Assembly: GCA_965218295.1 (NCBI GenBank)
Contig: CBDCKN010000015.1
Coordinates: forward strand, 1 to 64,000
Source: Longimicrobiales bacterium
GTDB taxonomy: Bacteria; Gemmatimonadota; Gemmatimonadetes; Longimicrobiales; Gaopeijiaceae
Length of the DNA: 64,000 nucleotides
Direction of reading: 5' to 3'
Shown piece by piece: positions 28,823 through 38,747 of this stretch. The stretch's first letter is position 1; each line of letters starts with the position of its first letter. The position numbers were made by a program, and so were the translations under genes. The notes beneath the pieces are model-generated. The model saw nothing but the letters and a program-made list of their open reading frames with translations. It had not been told where the DNA came from and did not search any database.

Positions 28823-30415
28823 CTAGCTCCCTCCGGGAGTCGGGTGTCCGGTCGATCGAGGAGTGAGCCGGGCGACGGGCACGATCATCTCCTCTGGCGA
28901 GATGCCCCCGTGGAGGAACGAATTCCGGTACCGCCGCTGGTACTCCCTCAGCTTGGTCGGATAGACGAAGAAGTAGTCATCCAGCGCCAGGACGTACGTC
29001 GTTCCCAGCTTTCCCCCGGGAAGGCGAAGGTCTTCGCTCCGGGGCGTCGCGAATGCCGCCCGGGTATCCTCCGCCCTGAGGTCCTGACCGAACTTGTAGC
29101 GAAGGTTGCTGGTGGCATCACGCCTGGCGAACACCGTCGTTGGATGCTGGCACAGGATGGAGCCGTGATCGGTGGTCATGATCACGTTGTGGCCGGCCAC
29201 AGCCGCCTCTTTGAGAACGGAGAAGGCCGTCGATCTCTTGAACCACGCCCTCGTAAGACCTCGAAGCGCCGCCTCGTCCTTCGCCACCTCCATGAGGATG
29301 GGCGATTCGCTTCGTCCGTGTGTCATGAGGTCCACGAAGTTGAAGACCATTGCGATCACTGATCCGGGCTGCTTGAGGGCCGAGCCGACGCGGCCCCGTA
29401 CCTGATCGCCCTCACGGTCGGTGAAGATCTTCTCGTAGTGTACCGGGACCTTGCGACCCGTGAGACGCTCCAGCTGGGCCTCCAGCAACTCGTCCTCGAA
29501 GGCGTTCAGGCTGCCCTCGTCGTCGGAGCGATTCCACCAGCTGGGACGGTCTTCGGCGATCTGATCCGGAAACTGACCGCTGAACAGGGCATTCCTGGCG
29601 TAGGGCGTGGCGGTGGGCAAGATCGAATAGTGGTACGACTCCTCGATCTCGAAGTGCGGCGCGATGAGCGGGGCGATGACCCGCCACTGGTCCAGCCGCA
29701 TGCAGTCCAGGACCACCAGGAAGACCGGATCCTCACCCAGCAGCGGAACGAGGTGCTCCCGGACCACGTCCACCGAGAGAAGCGGGCGCTCCCCCTCGCC
29801 ACGCATCCAGCGGGGATACTCTCTACCGATCCAACGACCGAAATCGTTGCGGAGGTCGGTCATGAGCGCCTGGACGGTATCCAGGAGCCCCGCCTCCCCC
29901 GCCTCCTCGAGTCGTACGTGCCAGTCCGTGAGCTCGATGTACACTTCGGCGAAGTCGTCCGGACTCCGGGCCTCCTGCCGCTTCATCGAGAGCCGTCCGA
30001 AGCGCGACGCGAAGTCCTGTGCCACCCTTTGCTGCCGTATGGTGGACCCCTCCAGAATACGGGTCACGACGGAGAGCACCTGACGGGGGCTGGTGGGCTT
30101 CACGAGGTAGTCGGCCACGCGCCGGCCGATGGCCTCGGTCATGGTGTGGTCCTCCTGGGACTTGGTCACCATCACCACCCGTGCGTGCGGATCCTCCCGG
30201 CGCATAATCTCCAGTACCTCCAGGCCCCGCCTCCCGGGCATCTGCTCGTCGAGAAGTACGAGGTCGTAGGCGTGCTTCCGCATCAACACGAGCGCGTCGT
30301 CGCCGTTGGTGATGGCATCGACGTGGTACCCCCGCGCCTGCAGAAACAGGAGGTGGGGCTTGAGAAGGTCGATCTCGTCGTCGACCCAGAGGATGCGCTT
30401 TCCTGACAGTTCCAT
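28823..30415 (-). CDS. PorX-like response regulator with PglZ/alkaline-phosphatase domain
   Basis: Receiver WVDDE..LDEQMP..TK..VKP; PglZ motifs LDCMR, PTATPYARN, FNFVD..H, TTDHG, HGG. Confidence 0.88.
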   Translation of the reverse strand: MELSGKRILWVDDEIDLLKPHLLFLQARGYHVDAITNGDDALVLMRKHAYDLVLLDEQMPGRRGLEVLEIMRREDPHARVVMVTKSQEDHTMTEAIGRRVADYLVKPTSPRQVLSVVTRILEGSTIRQQRVAQDFASRFGRLSMKRQEARSPDDFAEVYIELTDWHVRLEEAGEAGLLDTVQALMTDLRNDFGRWIGREYPRWMRGEGERPLLSVDVVREHLVPLLGEDPVFLVVLDCMRLDQWRVIAPLIAPHFEIEESYHYSILPTATPYARNALFSGQFPDQIAEDRPSWWNRSDDEGSLNAFEDELLEAQLERLTGRKVPVHYEKIFTDREGDQVRGRVGSALKQPGSVIAMVFNFVDLMTHGRSESPILMEVAKDEAALRGLTRAWFKRSTAFSVLKEAAVAGHNVIMTTDHGSILCQHPTTVFARRDATSNLRYKFGQDLRAEDTRAAFATPRSEDLRLPGGKLGTTYVLALDDYFFVYPTKLREYQRRYRNSFLHGGISPEEMIVPVARLTPRSTGHPTPGGS

Positions 30416-30485
30416 GGCGGAAACCTAAACCCGGCCTCGGGCCGAAAGAAGGTCTGATATCCGCCGGGCGCGGTCGCGCGGATCG

Positions 30486-31157
30486 CTACATGCTGATGGT
30501 GTAGGGAAACCAGGAGCCCACGGCCTTCCCGCCCTTCTTGGCCGGCTCGAAGATCCACTCCGAGGCTTCACGGACGAGGCGGCTGTTGAAGTCGCGGTCA
30601 GACGTAGGCGGCCTCAGCCGTGTCGAGTCGGCCACCACGCGACCCAGCTCGTTCACGAACACCCAGACCTGGACCTCCTGGCCTCTGAGGCTCCTGTTGG
30701 CCGGCGGGATGATCATCCCCCTCGGTGAGGGCGGCACCAAGCGGAAGAACCCCTCCGCGGCATTGCCTCCGTCGCCTCTGCCATCCCCCTCGGCGAGACC
30801 CGGTCCGTCGTTCCCCGGCCGGTCGCCAAGGATGGAGGCCGTCTCGATCTCCTGCTCCATCTCCATTTCCACCTCCAGGACGGGCTCGACGGTGGGCAAG
30901 GGGATCCTCGGAGGAATGATGGGGCGCGGTGGAGGGATTCTGAGGCTGACGGTCTGCATCCCACCGGACGCAGCTCGGTTGTCCCCGGCACGGGGACCCG
31001 CCGCAGCGAAAGGGGATTCAAGGGGACTCTCGCCCCACCAGAAGAAGAACACGAAGAGGTGCACGACCACAGACGCAACGAGCCCGTTCCGCCAGTACCT
31101 ACGCTCGGCGAAACGTCTCTCCGCGTTACTGAGACGGTGGCTGTCCTGGGTGGTCAT
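30486..31157 (-). CDS. TonB-like membrane-anchored protein
   Basis: TM with SVVVH, Pro-rich linker, C-terminal VFVNELGRV...WIFEPA..GG TonB-C-like domain. Confidence 0.7.
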   Translation of the reverse strand: MTTQDSHRLSNAERRFAERRYWRNGLVASVVVHLFVFFFWWGESPLESPFAAAGPRAGDNRAASGGMQTVSLRIPPPRPIIPPRIPLPTVEPVLEVEMEMEQEIETASILGDRPGNDGPGLAEGDGRGDGGNAAEGFFRLVPPSPRGMIIPPANRSLRGQEVQVWVFVNELGRVVADSTRLRPPTSDRDFNSRLVREASEWIFEPAKKGGKAVGSWFPYTISM

Positions 31158-31299
31158 CGGGAATCGGTCACCTCATCCCTGGGGCAACTGGCACCCTTAT
31201 AGTACCGCCTGATGCGTGTGCGGGTTTCGTCCACGGCTACCCAACCCGCAGCCTACCGAGCAAGATCCCGAACTCACAATCCACGATCGGCAGGTGGCC

Positions 31300-31608
31300 A
31301 TGAGTATACCAGAGACTACGGCATCGGGTTCGCGGGAGTCGTGGGGGAGCCGCTTCGGCTTCATCATGGCGACCGCGGGGCGAAAAGTACGGCTCACGTT
31401 GCTGGCGGGCATGACGCGAGCCACGGGAAGTTCCATCCGCCCGTGGAACGCGATCGGATGGATGGGCACCACCACCGCCACCATCATCATGGGCTACTAC
31501 CTCATGCTCCTGGGGTGGATCGCCGGGTACATGGGCATGGCGATCTCCGGTGAGCTCGGGGCTCCCCCCCAAGGAGAACTAGTGGGCCTGTGGTTGATCG
31601 GCTCCTAG
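31300..31608 (+). pseudogene. Remnant of a sodium-dependent transporter (SNF/NSS family)
   Basis: RESWGSRFGFIMATAG and MGYY..LGW motifs kept; the intervening helices and the C-terminal majority are missing. Confidence 0.75.
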
Positions 31609-31689
31609 CGTGAAGCGCTTGCTACCCCCTCTCCCTTTGGACAAGTTCGTTCCTCGCCGGGTCCGCACCCGACAGCCGTGAGTTGAGCC

Positions 31690-32511
31690 ATGACTGACAC
31701 CAAGCCGAACGTCCCGAGGGGCCTTCGTCCCAACCTGCCCAAGCGTCCCGCCATAGAAGGAGACGCGTGGGAGCAGATCCAAGCCGCTCAGGAGAAGATG
31801 AAGCAGCGGGAGTATGTGCGTTTCTCCGTGTTTCGAGTCGACCCCGCCTGGCGCCGGCTTCCCAAGGAGGAGCGTGAGCGGCACAAAGACGAGTTCGAAG
31901 CCGCCGTCGCCGATCGGGTCAGCAAGATGATGATCTACTCGTACGCCCTGATCGGGACTCGGGGCGACGCCGACTTCCTCCTCTGGCAGGCGTGCCGGGA
32001 GCTGGATCAACTCCAAGACCTGGCGGCGGCTCTCAATCACACCGCCCTCGGGGGATTTCTGTCGCTTCCTTATTCCTACTTCGCCATGACCAAGCGGTCC
32101 ATCTACCTGAACCGCTACGAGGACGAGTACATCGCGGCCTACGGAGGTGCAGACGTCGTCGACAGGTCGCGCCTCGCCATCAACCCGCAGGGATCGGAGT
32201 ACCTGTTCGTCTATCCCATGGCCAAGACGCGGAAGTGGTACAAGCTCCCTTACGAGGATCGCCAGCGTATGATGGACGAACACATCCGTGTCGGCCATCA
32301 ATGGCCCGACGTGAAGCTGAACACCAGCTACTCGTACGGGCTGGACGACCAGGAATTCGTGGTCGCCTTCGAGGCGGATCACCCGGGGCGCTTCCTCGAC
32401 CTGCTCATGGCCCTACGCCTGACCGAAGCGTCGGCGTACACGCTCTTCGACGTGCCCACATTCACCGGCCTGGCCAGGTCTATGAGGGACACCCTGGATT
32501 CCCTGGGATGA
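31690..32511 (+). CDS. chdC: Chlorite dismutase-fold protein, likely coproheme decarboxylase ChdC/HemQ
   Basis: ADFLLW, VYPMAKTRKWYKLP..R..MMDEH...G, YGLDDQEFVVAFE; adjacent to heme o synthase. Confidence 0.75.
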   Translation: MTDTKPNVPRGLRPNLPKRPAIEGDAWEQIQAAQEKMKQREYVRFSVFRVDPAWRRLPKEERERHKDEFEAAVADRVSKMMIYSYALIGTRGDADFLLWQACRELDQLQDLAAALNHTALGGFLSLPYSYFAMTKRSIYLNRYEDEYIAAYGGADVVDRSRLAINPQGSEYLFVYPMAKTRKWYKLPYEDRQRMMDEHIRVGHQWPDVKLNTSYSYGLDDQEFVVAFEADHPGRFLDLLMALRLTEASAYTLFDVPTFTGLARSMRDTLDSLG

Positions 32512-32527
32512 GACCCCAAAGCTTTCA

Positions 32528-33427
32528 ATGACCGAGGCGGTCGAGGAGCAGGCAGCAGGGAAAGTTGCGGGCAAGCTCAGAGCTCTCTATGAGCTGACCA
32601 AGCCCGGAATCGCCGGATACGTCATGATCACCGCCGGCGTGAGCTACTACGTCGCGGCTCGAGGCCAGGCCGACTTTCTGCCCGTCACTCATACACTGGT
32701 AGGAGTGGCCCTCGGGACCGCCGGGGCCCTGGCACTCAACCAGTACGTGGAGCGGGACGTGGACGCGGTCATGACGCGGACTCAGACGCGCCCCCTCCCC
32801 TCCGGGCGCCTCCGACCCGGTGAGGCACTGGCGTTCGGCTGGGGGCTATTGGTGGTGGGGCTGGTCTACCTGAGCGTCACCGTCGGCTGGCTCCCGTCCG
32901 TTCTCACGGCCGCGGCGGCGGCGGCGTACATCCTGGCGTACACGCCCCTCAAGACGCGCTCGTATCTAGCCACTCTGGTGGGTGCCGTCCCGGGTGCCTT
33001 CCCGGCTCTGATCGGGTGGAGCGCCGCCGTCGGCACCATGGGGTTCGGGGGCGTGGTGCTCTTCTGTATCGCTTTCCTATGGCAGCTCCCCCACGTTTTG
33101 GCTCTCGCCTGGCTCCTTCGCGAGGACTATGCCCGGGTGGGCTTCTTCCTCAGCCCTCCCACCGATCCGGCGGGTGTCCGCATCGGCAAGCATATGGTGT
33201 ACCACTCCGTCTCCCTCCTGCTTATCAGTGCCCTGCCCACCTTCCTGGGGCTGACCGGCAGAATCTATCTGACAGGGGCCATCCTCCTGGGGCTCATCAC
33301 GCTGGCGTTCTCACTGGCAGCCGCAGCCGAGATGTCACGCACACGAGCTCGCAAGGTTTTCCTCTGGTCTCTCATCTATCAGCCGGCCCTTCTGGCGCTG
33401 CTTCTGATCGACACCGTCCGCATCTGA
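32528..33427 (+). CDS. cyoE: Heme o synthase (protoheme IX farnesyltransferase)
   Basis: ELTKP, NQYVERDVDAVMTRTQTRPLPSG, YTPLK, WQLPH. Confidence 0.95.
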   Translation: MTEAVEEQAAGKVAGKLRALYELTKPGIAGYVMITAGVSYYVAARGQADFLPVTHTLVGVALGTAGALALNQYVERDVDAVMTRTQTRPLPSGRLRPGEALAFGWGLLVVGLVYLSVTVGWLPSVLTAAAAAAYILAYTPLKTRSYLATLVGAVPGAFPALIGWSAAVGTMGFGGVVLFCIAFLWQLPHVLALAWLLREDYARVGFFLSPPTDPAGVRIGKHMVYHSVSLLLISALPTFLGLTGRIYLTGAILLGLITLAFSLAAAAEMSRTRARKVFLWSLIYQPALLALLLIDTVRI

Positions 33428-33451
33428 TACCGCCGCATATGGAGCTCCGTC

Positions 33452-34654
33452 ATGATCGTTGATAGAGCAATCGTCGTCACCGCACTTTCCTTTTTCGCTC
33501 TCGCGCCTGACGCCGTGAGCCAGGACGGCGACCGACCCCGCGCCCGAGATCTCGGCATGACGATGGGCGTCTTCTCCCCCGGGCCGCTGAACGCCATCAC
33601 CGACGTGGCAGGCGTCCTGGTAGGCCAGGTCACGGTGACGGAGGGCGACCGGGTCAACACCGGGGTGACGGCCATTCGACCCCACGGGGGCAGCCTGTAT
33701 CACGATCGCGTTCCTGCCGCCATGTATGTCGGCAACGGCTTCGGGAAGCTCCTGGGAGTAACCCAGGTCCGGGAGCTGGGTGAGCTGGAGACGCCCATCC
33801 TCCTCACCTGCACGCTCTGTGTATGGAAGGCCGCCGACGCCATGGTGGAGTGGGCGCTCGAGCAGCCTGGCATGGAGCGCGTACGGTCGCTGAACGCCGT
33901 GGTGGGCGAGACCAACGACGGGGGGCTGAACGACATCCGGAACCGTCCCATCACCCCGGCCCACGTTCGGGAGGCCATCGAGTCCGCCAGCGGTGGTCCC
34001 GTGGAAGAGGGGTCGGTAGGCGCCGGACGGGGCACGCGGGCGTTCGGATGGAAGGGGGGAATCGGAACGAGTAGCCGACTCCTTCCCGAGAGCTTGGGCG
34101 GCTTCACTGTGGGAGTGCTGGTCCAGTCTAACTTCGGTGGGATCCTCACCATGGCCGGCGCTCCGGTGGGACAGGAGCTGAGACGCTATTCCTTCCGCGG
34201 AGCCGTCGAGGGTGGCGTACAGGATCAGGGGTCCGAAGCCGATGATGCCGGAGGATGGAGCGATACCGACCAGGGTCAGGGGTCCATCATGATGGTAGTG
34301 GCCACCGACGCTCCCTTGTCTCCCCTCAAGCTCGAGCGCCTGGCCAAGCGAGCGATCATGGGCCTGGCCCGCACCGGCTCGTTCGCCGGAAACGGATCGG
34401 GCGACTACGTCATCGCGTTCTCGACGGCCGAAGGGGTGAGGCGCGAGCGCGGCGAGGAGTGGACGGAGTCCGTCGAAGTGCCGAACGACCGGATCTCGGC
34501 CCTGTTCGAGGGGGCCGCCGAGGCCACCCAGGAAGCGATCTACAACTCGCTGTTGAAGGCGACCACGGTCTCGGGCATGGGCCGCACCGCGGACGCCATC
34601 GATGTCGATGAGGTGGTGCGGGTCCTCAGGGAGTACAACGTCATCCGTCCCTGA
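33452..34654 (+). CDS. DmpA / peptidase P1 (S58) family aminopeptidase
   Basis: GPLNAITDV, NGFGK, VGETNDG, EEGSVGAG, WKGGIGTSSR, G|SI..VATDAP, GSGD. Confidence 0.92.
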   Translation: MIVDRAIVVTALSFFALAPDAVSQDGDRPRARDLGMTMGVFSPGPLNAITDVAGVLVGQVTVTEGDRVNTGVTAIRPHGGSLYHDRVPAAMYVGNGFGKLLGVTQVRELGELETPILLTCTLCVWKAADAMVEWALEQPGMERVRSLNAVVGETNDGGLNDIRNRPITPAHVREAIESASGGPVEEGSVGAGRGTRAFGWKGGIGTSSRLLPESLGGFTVGVLVQSNFGGILTMAGAPVGQELRRYSFRGAVEGGVQDQGSEADDAGGWSDTDQGQGSIMMVVATDAPLSPLKLERLAKRAIMGLARTGSFAGNGSGDYVIAFSTAEGVRRERGEEWTESVEVPNDRISALFEGAAEATQEAIYNSLLKATTVSGMGRTADAIDVDEVVRVLREYNVIRP

Positions 34655-34665
34655 GGGTGCTCCAG

Positions 34666-36270
34666 TCAGTCGCCCAAGAACACGGCCCGGGCGTCGGAGA
34701 TCTCGTCCTCTTCGCGCAGGGCCGCGAGGACCCTCGATCCCACTTTGCCGTCCACGGTGATCGCGGCCAGGGCCTCACCACCCTCGCTCTGACGGGCCTG
34801 CAGGTACTCCGCGATGTTCAGACCGTGGGTCCCCAGCAGCGTGCCGACCTTCCCGATGACGCCGGGAACGTCTTTGTTCCGGAGCACCACCAGGCATCCC
34901 TCTGGCTTTACGCTCAACCCGAACTCGTCTATCTGGACGATGCGCGGATGTAGCTGCTCACCGAGGAGAGCTCCACAGACGCGGACCTTCTGCTGCTCGG
35001 TCTCCAGCACGACCTCCAAGAACTCCGAGTATTCCTGACGCTCGCCCAGGAGCCTCGTTCCGGTCGCGATGTTCCTCGCCTCCGCCAGGTGCAGGGCGTT
35101 CACGTAGTTGACGTTGCGCCTCCCCACGACCGGTGTGAGCATGCCCGTCATCACGGCGGCGGATAGCGGATGGAGAATCTCGTCCGTCTCTGCCGCCAGA
35201 CCGATGTCGACGCGACGCATCCCCCCCCATCCCAGCACGGCGGCCACCCGCCCGATCTTCCGGGCGAGCTCGAGAAGGGGCCTGAGCACTTTGAGCTCAG
35301 CCCCCCCGATGGCCGGCGCATTGAGGGCCCGGGAGAGATCGCCCTCGAGGAGCGCCGCGCGCACGCCTTCGGCGATCTCGGAGGCGACCAGCTCCTGGGC
35401 CTCTGCCGTGGAGGCACCGAGGTGGGGCGTGAGAACCAGGTTGGGGGCACCCCGCAACGGGCTGTCTTCGGGCAGGGGCTCCGTGTCGTAGACGTCGAGG
35501 GCCGCCCCGGCGATCTCTCCGGCCTCCAGGGCCGCAACCAGGGCGTCCTCGTCCACCACACTTCCCCGGGCCGCATTGATCAGAATGGCCGAGGGCTTCA
35601 TGGACTGCAGCTCTTTCCGGCCGATCATGCCCTCGGTTATGGGCGTAAGAGGCACGTGCAGGGAGACCACGTCCCCCTGTGCCAGGGTGTCGGCCAGCTC
35701 GACGCGCTCCACCTCCAGCTCGTTGGCCCGCTCCTCCGTGAGGTAGGGGTCGCTGGCGATGGTCCGCATGCCGAACGCCTGGGCCCGATGGGCCACCTCG
35801 GCCCCGATGCGACCCGCGCCCACGAGCGACAGGGTCTTGCCACGAAGCTCCATCCCGGCGAAGCGGGAGCGGGCCCACTCACCGCTCCTCACCGAGTTGT
35901 CGGCCGACGACACCTTCCGCGCCACCGCCAGCATTAGCGCCATGACCAGCTCGGCGGCGGACACGGTGTTGCCCTCCGGAGCGTTGATCACCGGAATGCC
36001 GTGCTCCGTAGCCACCTCGAGGTCGATGTTGTCCACGCCGACCCCGGCACGGCCCACCACCCGAAGGTTCGGTGAGATCTCCAGGAGCTCACGGGTGACC
36101 TTGGTTGCGCTCCGCACGATGAGGCCGTGTGCCCTGGTCATGGCCTCGTACAGCCGCTCGGTGTCCCACCCGTTGGCCATCAGGACCTCGAAACGAGGAT
36201 CTCCCGTCAGGGGCTCGAGGCCCGAGGCGGAAATCTTGTCCGCCACGACAACCACGAACTTCTCGCTCAT
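34666..36270 (-). CDS. serA: D-3-phosphoglycerate dehydrogenase (with ASB/ACT domains)
   Basis: VRSATKV, GRAGVGVDNID, GAGRIG, TPHLGAST, C-terminal ACT (NKDVPGVIG). Confidence 0.95.
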   Translation of the reverse strand: MSEKFVVVVADKISASGLEPLTGDPRFEVLMANGWDTERLYEAMTRAHGLIVRSATKVTRELLEISPNLRVVGRAGVGVDNIDLEVATEHGIPVINAPEGNTVSAAELVMALMLAVARKVSSADNSVRSGEWARSRFAGMELRGKTLSLVGAGRIGAEVAHRAQAFGMRTIASDPYLTEERANELEVERVELADTLAQGDVVSLHVPLTPITEGMIGRKELQSMKPSAILINAARGSVVDEDALVAALEAGEIAGAALDVYDTEPLPEDSPLRGAPNLVLTPHLGASTAEAQELVASEIAEGVRAALLEGDLSRALNAPAIGGAELKVLRPLLELARKIGRVAAVLGWGGMRRVDIGLAAETDEILHPLSAAVMTGMLTPVVGRRNVNYVNALHLAEARNIATGTRLLGERQEYSEFLEVVLETEQQKVRVCGALLGEQLHPRIVQIDEFGLSVKPEGCLVVLRNKDVPGVIGKVGTLLGTHGLNIAEYLQARQSEGGEALAAITVDGKVGSRVLAALREEDEISDARAVFLGD

Positions 36271-37394
36271 GTGAGAACCTCCTCCAGCGCCTCCAAGACG
36301 ACCTCGAGCTCCGCCAGCGTGTGATCGCCCATGTGTCCGATCCTGAAGGTGGTGCCCTTCAGCTTGCCGTATCCCCCTCCGATCACGAAGCCCCGCTCCT
36401 TCATGGCGGAGACCACCGAGGGTCCCTCCACTCCGTCGGGCAGCACCACGCACGTCACCGTCGACGATCGCTCACCCTCGGCCGCCAGGATGGAAAGACC
36501 CACCCCGTGCTCGTCTCGCATGGAGTCCACCCACTGCCCACAGCGCTCCGCCATCGTACGGTGGCGGGCCCACCGACTTACCATCCCTTCGGACTCGATA
36601 CGACGGAGCTGCATCGCCAACGCGTATAAGAGCGACACAGCCGGCGTGTTCGGCGTGTGGAGGTTGTCGAGCTGCTTCGCGAAAATCTCCAGATCGAAGT
36701 AGACGCCCTTCCGCGGGGCTTCAGCGGACCGGGCCATGAGCCGCTCCGATGCCACGCCGAAAGCGAGCCCCGGCGGCAGAGCCAGCGCCTTCTGGGATCC
36801 CGTCAACACGAAGTCCAGCTCCCACTCGTCCGTTTGGACCTCCACCCCTCCCACACCCGTCACCGAGTCCACGAGGAGCACCACGTCGTCGCCTTCGCGA
36901 ACGGCCTCCGAGATCTCGGCAAGGGGGTTCAGAGCACCGGTAGAGGTCTCCGAGTGGACGACCGTCACCGCGTCGAAGCCGCCCTCTGCCAGTCGTACCC
37001 GGACCGAATCGGGAGAGACGGTCTGGCCCCACTCCACCTCCAGCGTATCGACCTCGAACCCGCACGCTCTGGCGATGTCGGCGAAGCGCTTGCTGAACGC
37101 CCCGTTGACCAGGCTCAGCACACGTGACCGCACCCCGTTTCGTGCGGCAGCCTCCATGAGACCGGTGGCTGAAGAGGTGGACACCAAAACAGGTTTCGTC
37201 GTGCGGAAGACCTTCTTGAGGGCGGTCTGCAGCTCGCCCATCAGCTCCCTGAAGGCCGGGCCCCTGTGGCCGATGATGGCTTGCACCTGGGCGCGGAGCA
37301 CTTCGGGGTGGACTTCGGTAGGGCCGGGAAGGAAGAACCGGCCGAAAGGTGGCACGTCCTCGGAAGACGACGGCTCCACTTCGTATCTCCTCAC
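36267..37394 (-). CDS. Class V PLP aminotransferase (serine-pyruvate / phosphoserine aminotransferase-like)
   Basis: PGPT, HSETSTG, VDSVT, GSQKALALPPG, FRIGHMG; ATGA overlap with serA. Confidence 0.9.
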   Translation of the reverse strand: MRRYEVEPSSSEDVPPFGRFFLPGPTEVHPEVLRAQVQAIIGHRGPAFRELMGELQTALKKVFRTTKPVLVSTSSATGLMEAAARNGVRSRVLSLVNGAFSKRFADIARACGFEVDTLEVEWGQTVSPDSVRVRLAEGGFDAVTVVHSETSTGALNPLAEISEAVREGDDVVLLVDSVTGVGGVEVQTDEWELDFVLTGSQKALALPPGLAFGVASERLMARSAEAPRKGVYFDLEIFAKQLDNLHTPNTPAVSLLYALAMQLRRIESEGMVSRWARHRTMAERCGQWVDSMRDEHGVGLSILAAEGERSSTVTCVVLPDGVEGPSVVSAMKERGFVIGGGYGKLKGTTFRIGHMGDHTLAELEVVLEALEEVLT

Positions 37395-37508
37395 AACGTG
37401 TATCGAGCATGGCGTTGTCGGGCGGGTCGCGGGTCCGGCCCGCAGCCGTCCCGCCGAGTAGGACCGCGCAAGATAACCCGCATGGCGAGACCGGAAAGAC
37501 CCATGGGC

Positions 37509-37964
37509 TCAACGCCAGGATTGCTCCCATCGGGTGTAGTGAACCGTGGTGACCCCGCCACGGGTCAGAACTTCCAGACCCGCAGGATCGCGGTAGGCCT
37601 CCCGGTAGAACACGACGTTCGCCTGGATCATGAGCTTGGCGCAGGCTGCGCAGGGACTGGCGGTCACGAAGGCGACTTTGCCCCGCATGGCGCCCGGGGA
37701 CTTCACCAGGGCGTTCTGCTCGGAATGGATGCAGCCACAGCTCCCGGGCGTCGGGCTGTCGCATCGATTCGGAAATCCCCTGGCGTTCCCATTGTACCCG
37801 ATGGCCACCACGTTCTCGAGGTGCTCATCGGTGATCACGGTCCCGACCTGGAGCCTGGCACAGGTGCTCCGCTTGGCAAGCTCCTCAGCCATGCGCATGT
37901 AGACCTCATACAACGGAGGGCGGGTGACAAACGACTCGTCGACCGGCTCGGTGCCGACGTTCAT
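37509..37964 (-). CDS. dCMP deaminase (ComEB-like)
   Basis: RSTC, GYNG, IHSEQNA, SPCAAC Zn motifs. Confidence 0.88.
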   Translation of the reverse strand: MNVGTEPVDESFVTRPPLYEVYMRMAEELAKRSTCARLQVGTVITDEHLENVVAIGYNGNARGFPNRCDSPTPGSCGCIHSEQNALVKSPGAMRGKVAFVTASPCAACAKLMIQANVVFYREAYRDPAGLEVLTRGGVTTVHYTRWEQSWR

Positions 37965-38014
37965 GGATGGGTATTCTCGGGAACGAGGTCTTTATGAAGA
38001 GTGGGCATCTGCCC

Positions 38015-38539
38015 TCAAGCGGCAGGATCCATCAAGCTGAGAAGCTCTCTGAGCATGGTCCTTCCCTGATCCTTGGCATAATAACGCCGGACGCGCTTAT
38101 AGCGCTCGGCCGAGGGCATGGAGAGACCCTCCTCGACGATCCACTCCTGTAGGGGTCCCGGCCGGGGGCCCCACCAGCCTCGCTCGACGAAGTCCTCGTC
38201 CAACAGCAGCACCACCGGAATGGACCGGCTCTTCCCATCGGTCAGGTGAGCATCCATCAGGTCCGGGTTCTGGTCACGCGAGAGGACTCGAAGGTCGAGA
38301 CCCGGTGCCTCCTCCGCAAGGCGGCCCAGGACCGGGAGCAGGTTCACGGCGTCGCCGCACCAGTCTTCGGAAAGGACCAGGAGATGCCACGTCCCGGGTA
38401 TCCTACGGGCCTCTTCCAGGATCTCCGGTGAGATCGATACCCGCTCGTAGATCCCGTGCCAGAGCTCCTTGTTCTCTTCCACTGACTCCAGGTACTTACG
38501 GAAGTCCGTGGCCGCGAAGTAACGCTCTTTCATATTCAT
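38015..38539 (-). CDS. Thioredoxin-like protein (single-Cys WCGDA type)
   Basis: EDWCGDA, RSIPV, WGPRP. Confidence 0.85.
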   Translation of the reverse strand: MNMKERYFAATDFRKYLESVEENKELWHGIYERVSISPEILEEARRIPGTWHLLVLSEDWCGDAVNLLPVLGRLAEEAPGLDLRVLSRDQNPDLMDAHLTDGKSRSIPVVLLLDEDFVERGWWGPRPGPLQEWIVEEGLSMPSAERYKRVRRYYAKDQGRTMLRELLSLMDPAA

Positions 38540-38747
38540 TCACTGCCATCCGCAGGTCTCTGCACAATACAGGTCGAGTAGGATGTCACGGCACTATCCC
38601 AACCAGAATCGACGACCCTCATTCCGGGTTCCGATCGGGGCCCACCACCAGCTGCTCACCCCGGATGGATCCTTGCCATGCACGAATTGAAGGGTGCTTC
38701 GGGAGCTTTGGGGAGGGGTCGCAACCCAGGCTCTCCCCTACGACCGG

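Noticed and set aside
28823..30415. BREX defence system suggested by the PglZ domain
   Set aside because: The receiver-fused PorX architecture is present and there are no brxC/pglX/brxL neighbours.
37600..37640. Possible small in-frame deletion in the dCMP deaminase (ANVVFY)
   Set aside because: Cannot be established without an alignment; catalytic motifs are intact.
38708..38742. GTAG-type REP-like hairpin after typA
   Set aside because: Single imperfect copy in the window and no RAYT gene; may simply be a terminator.
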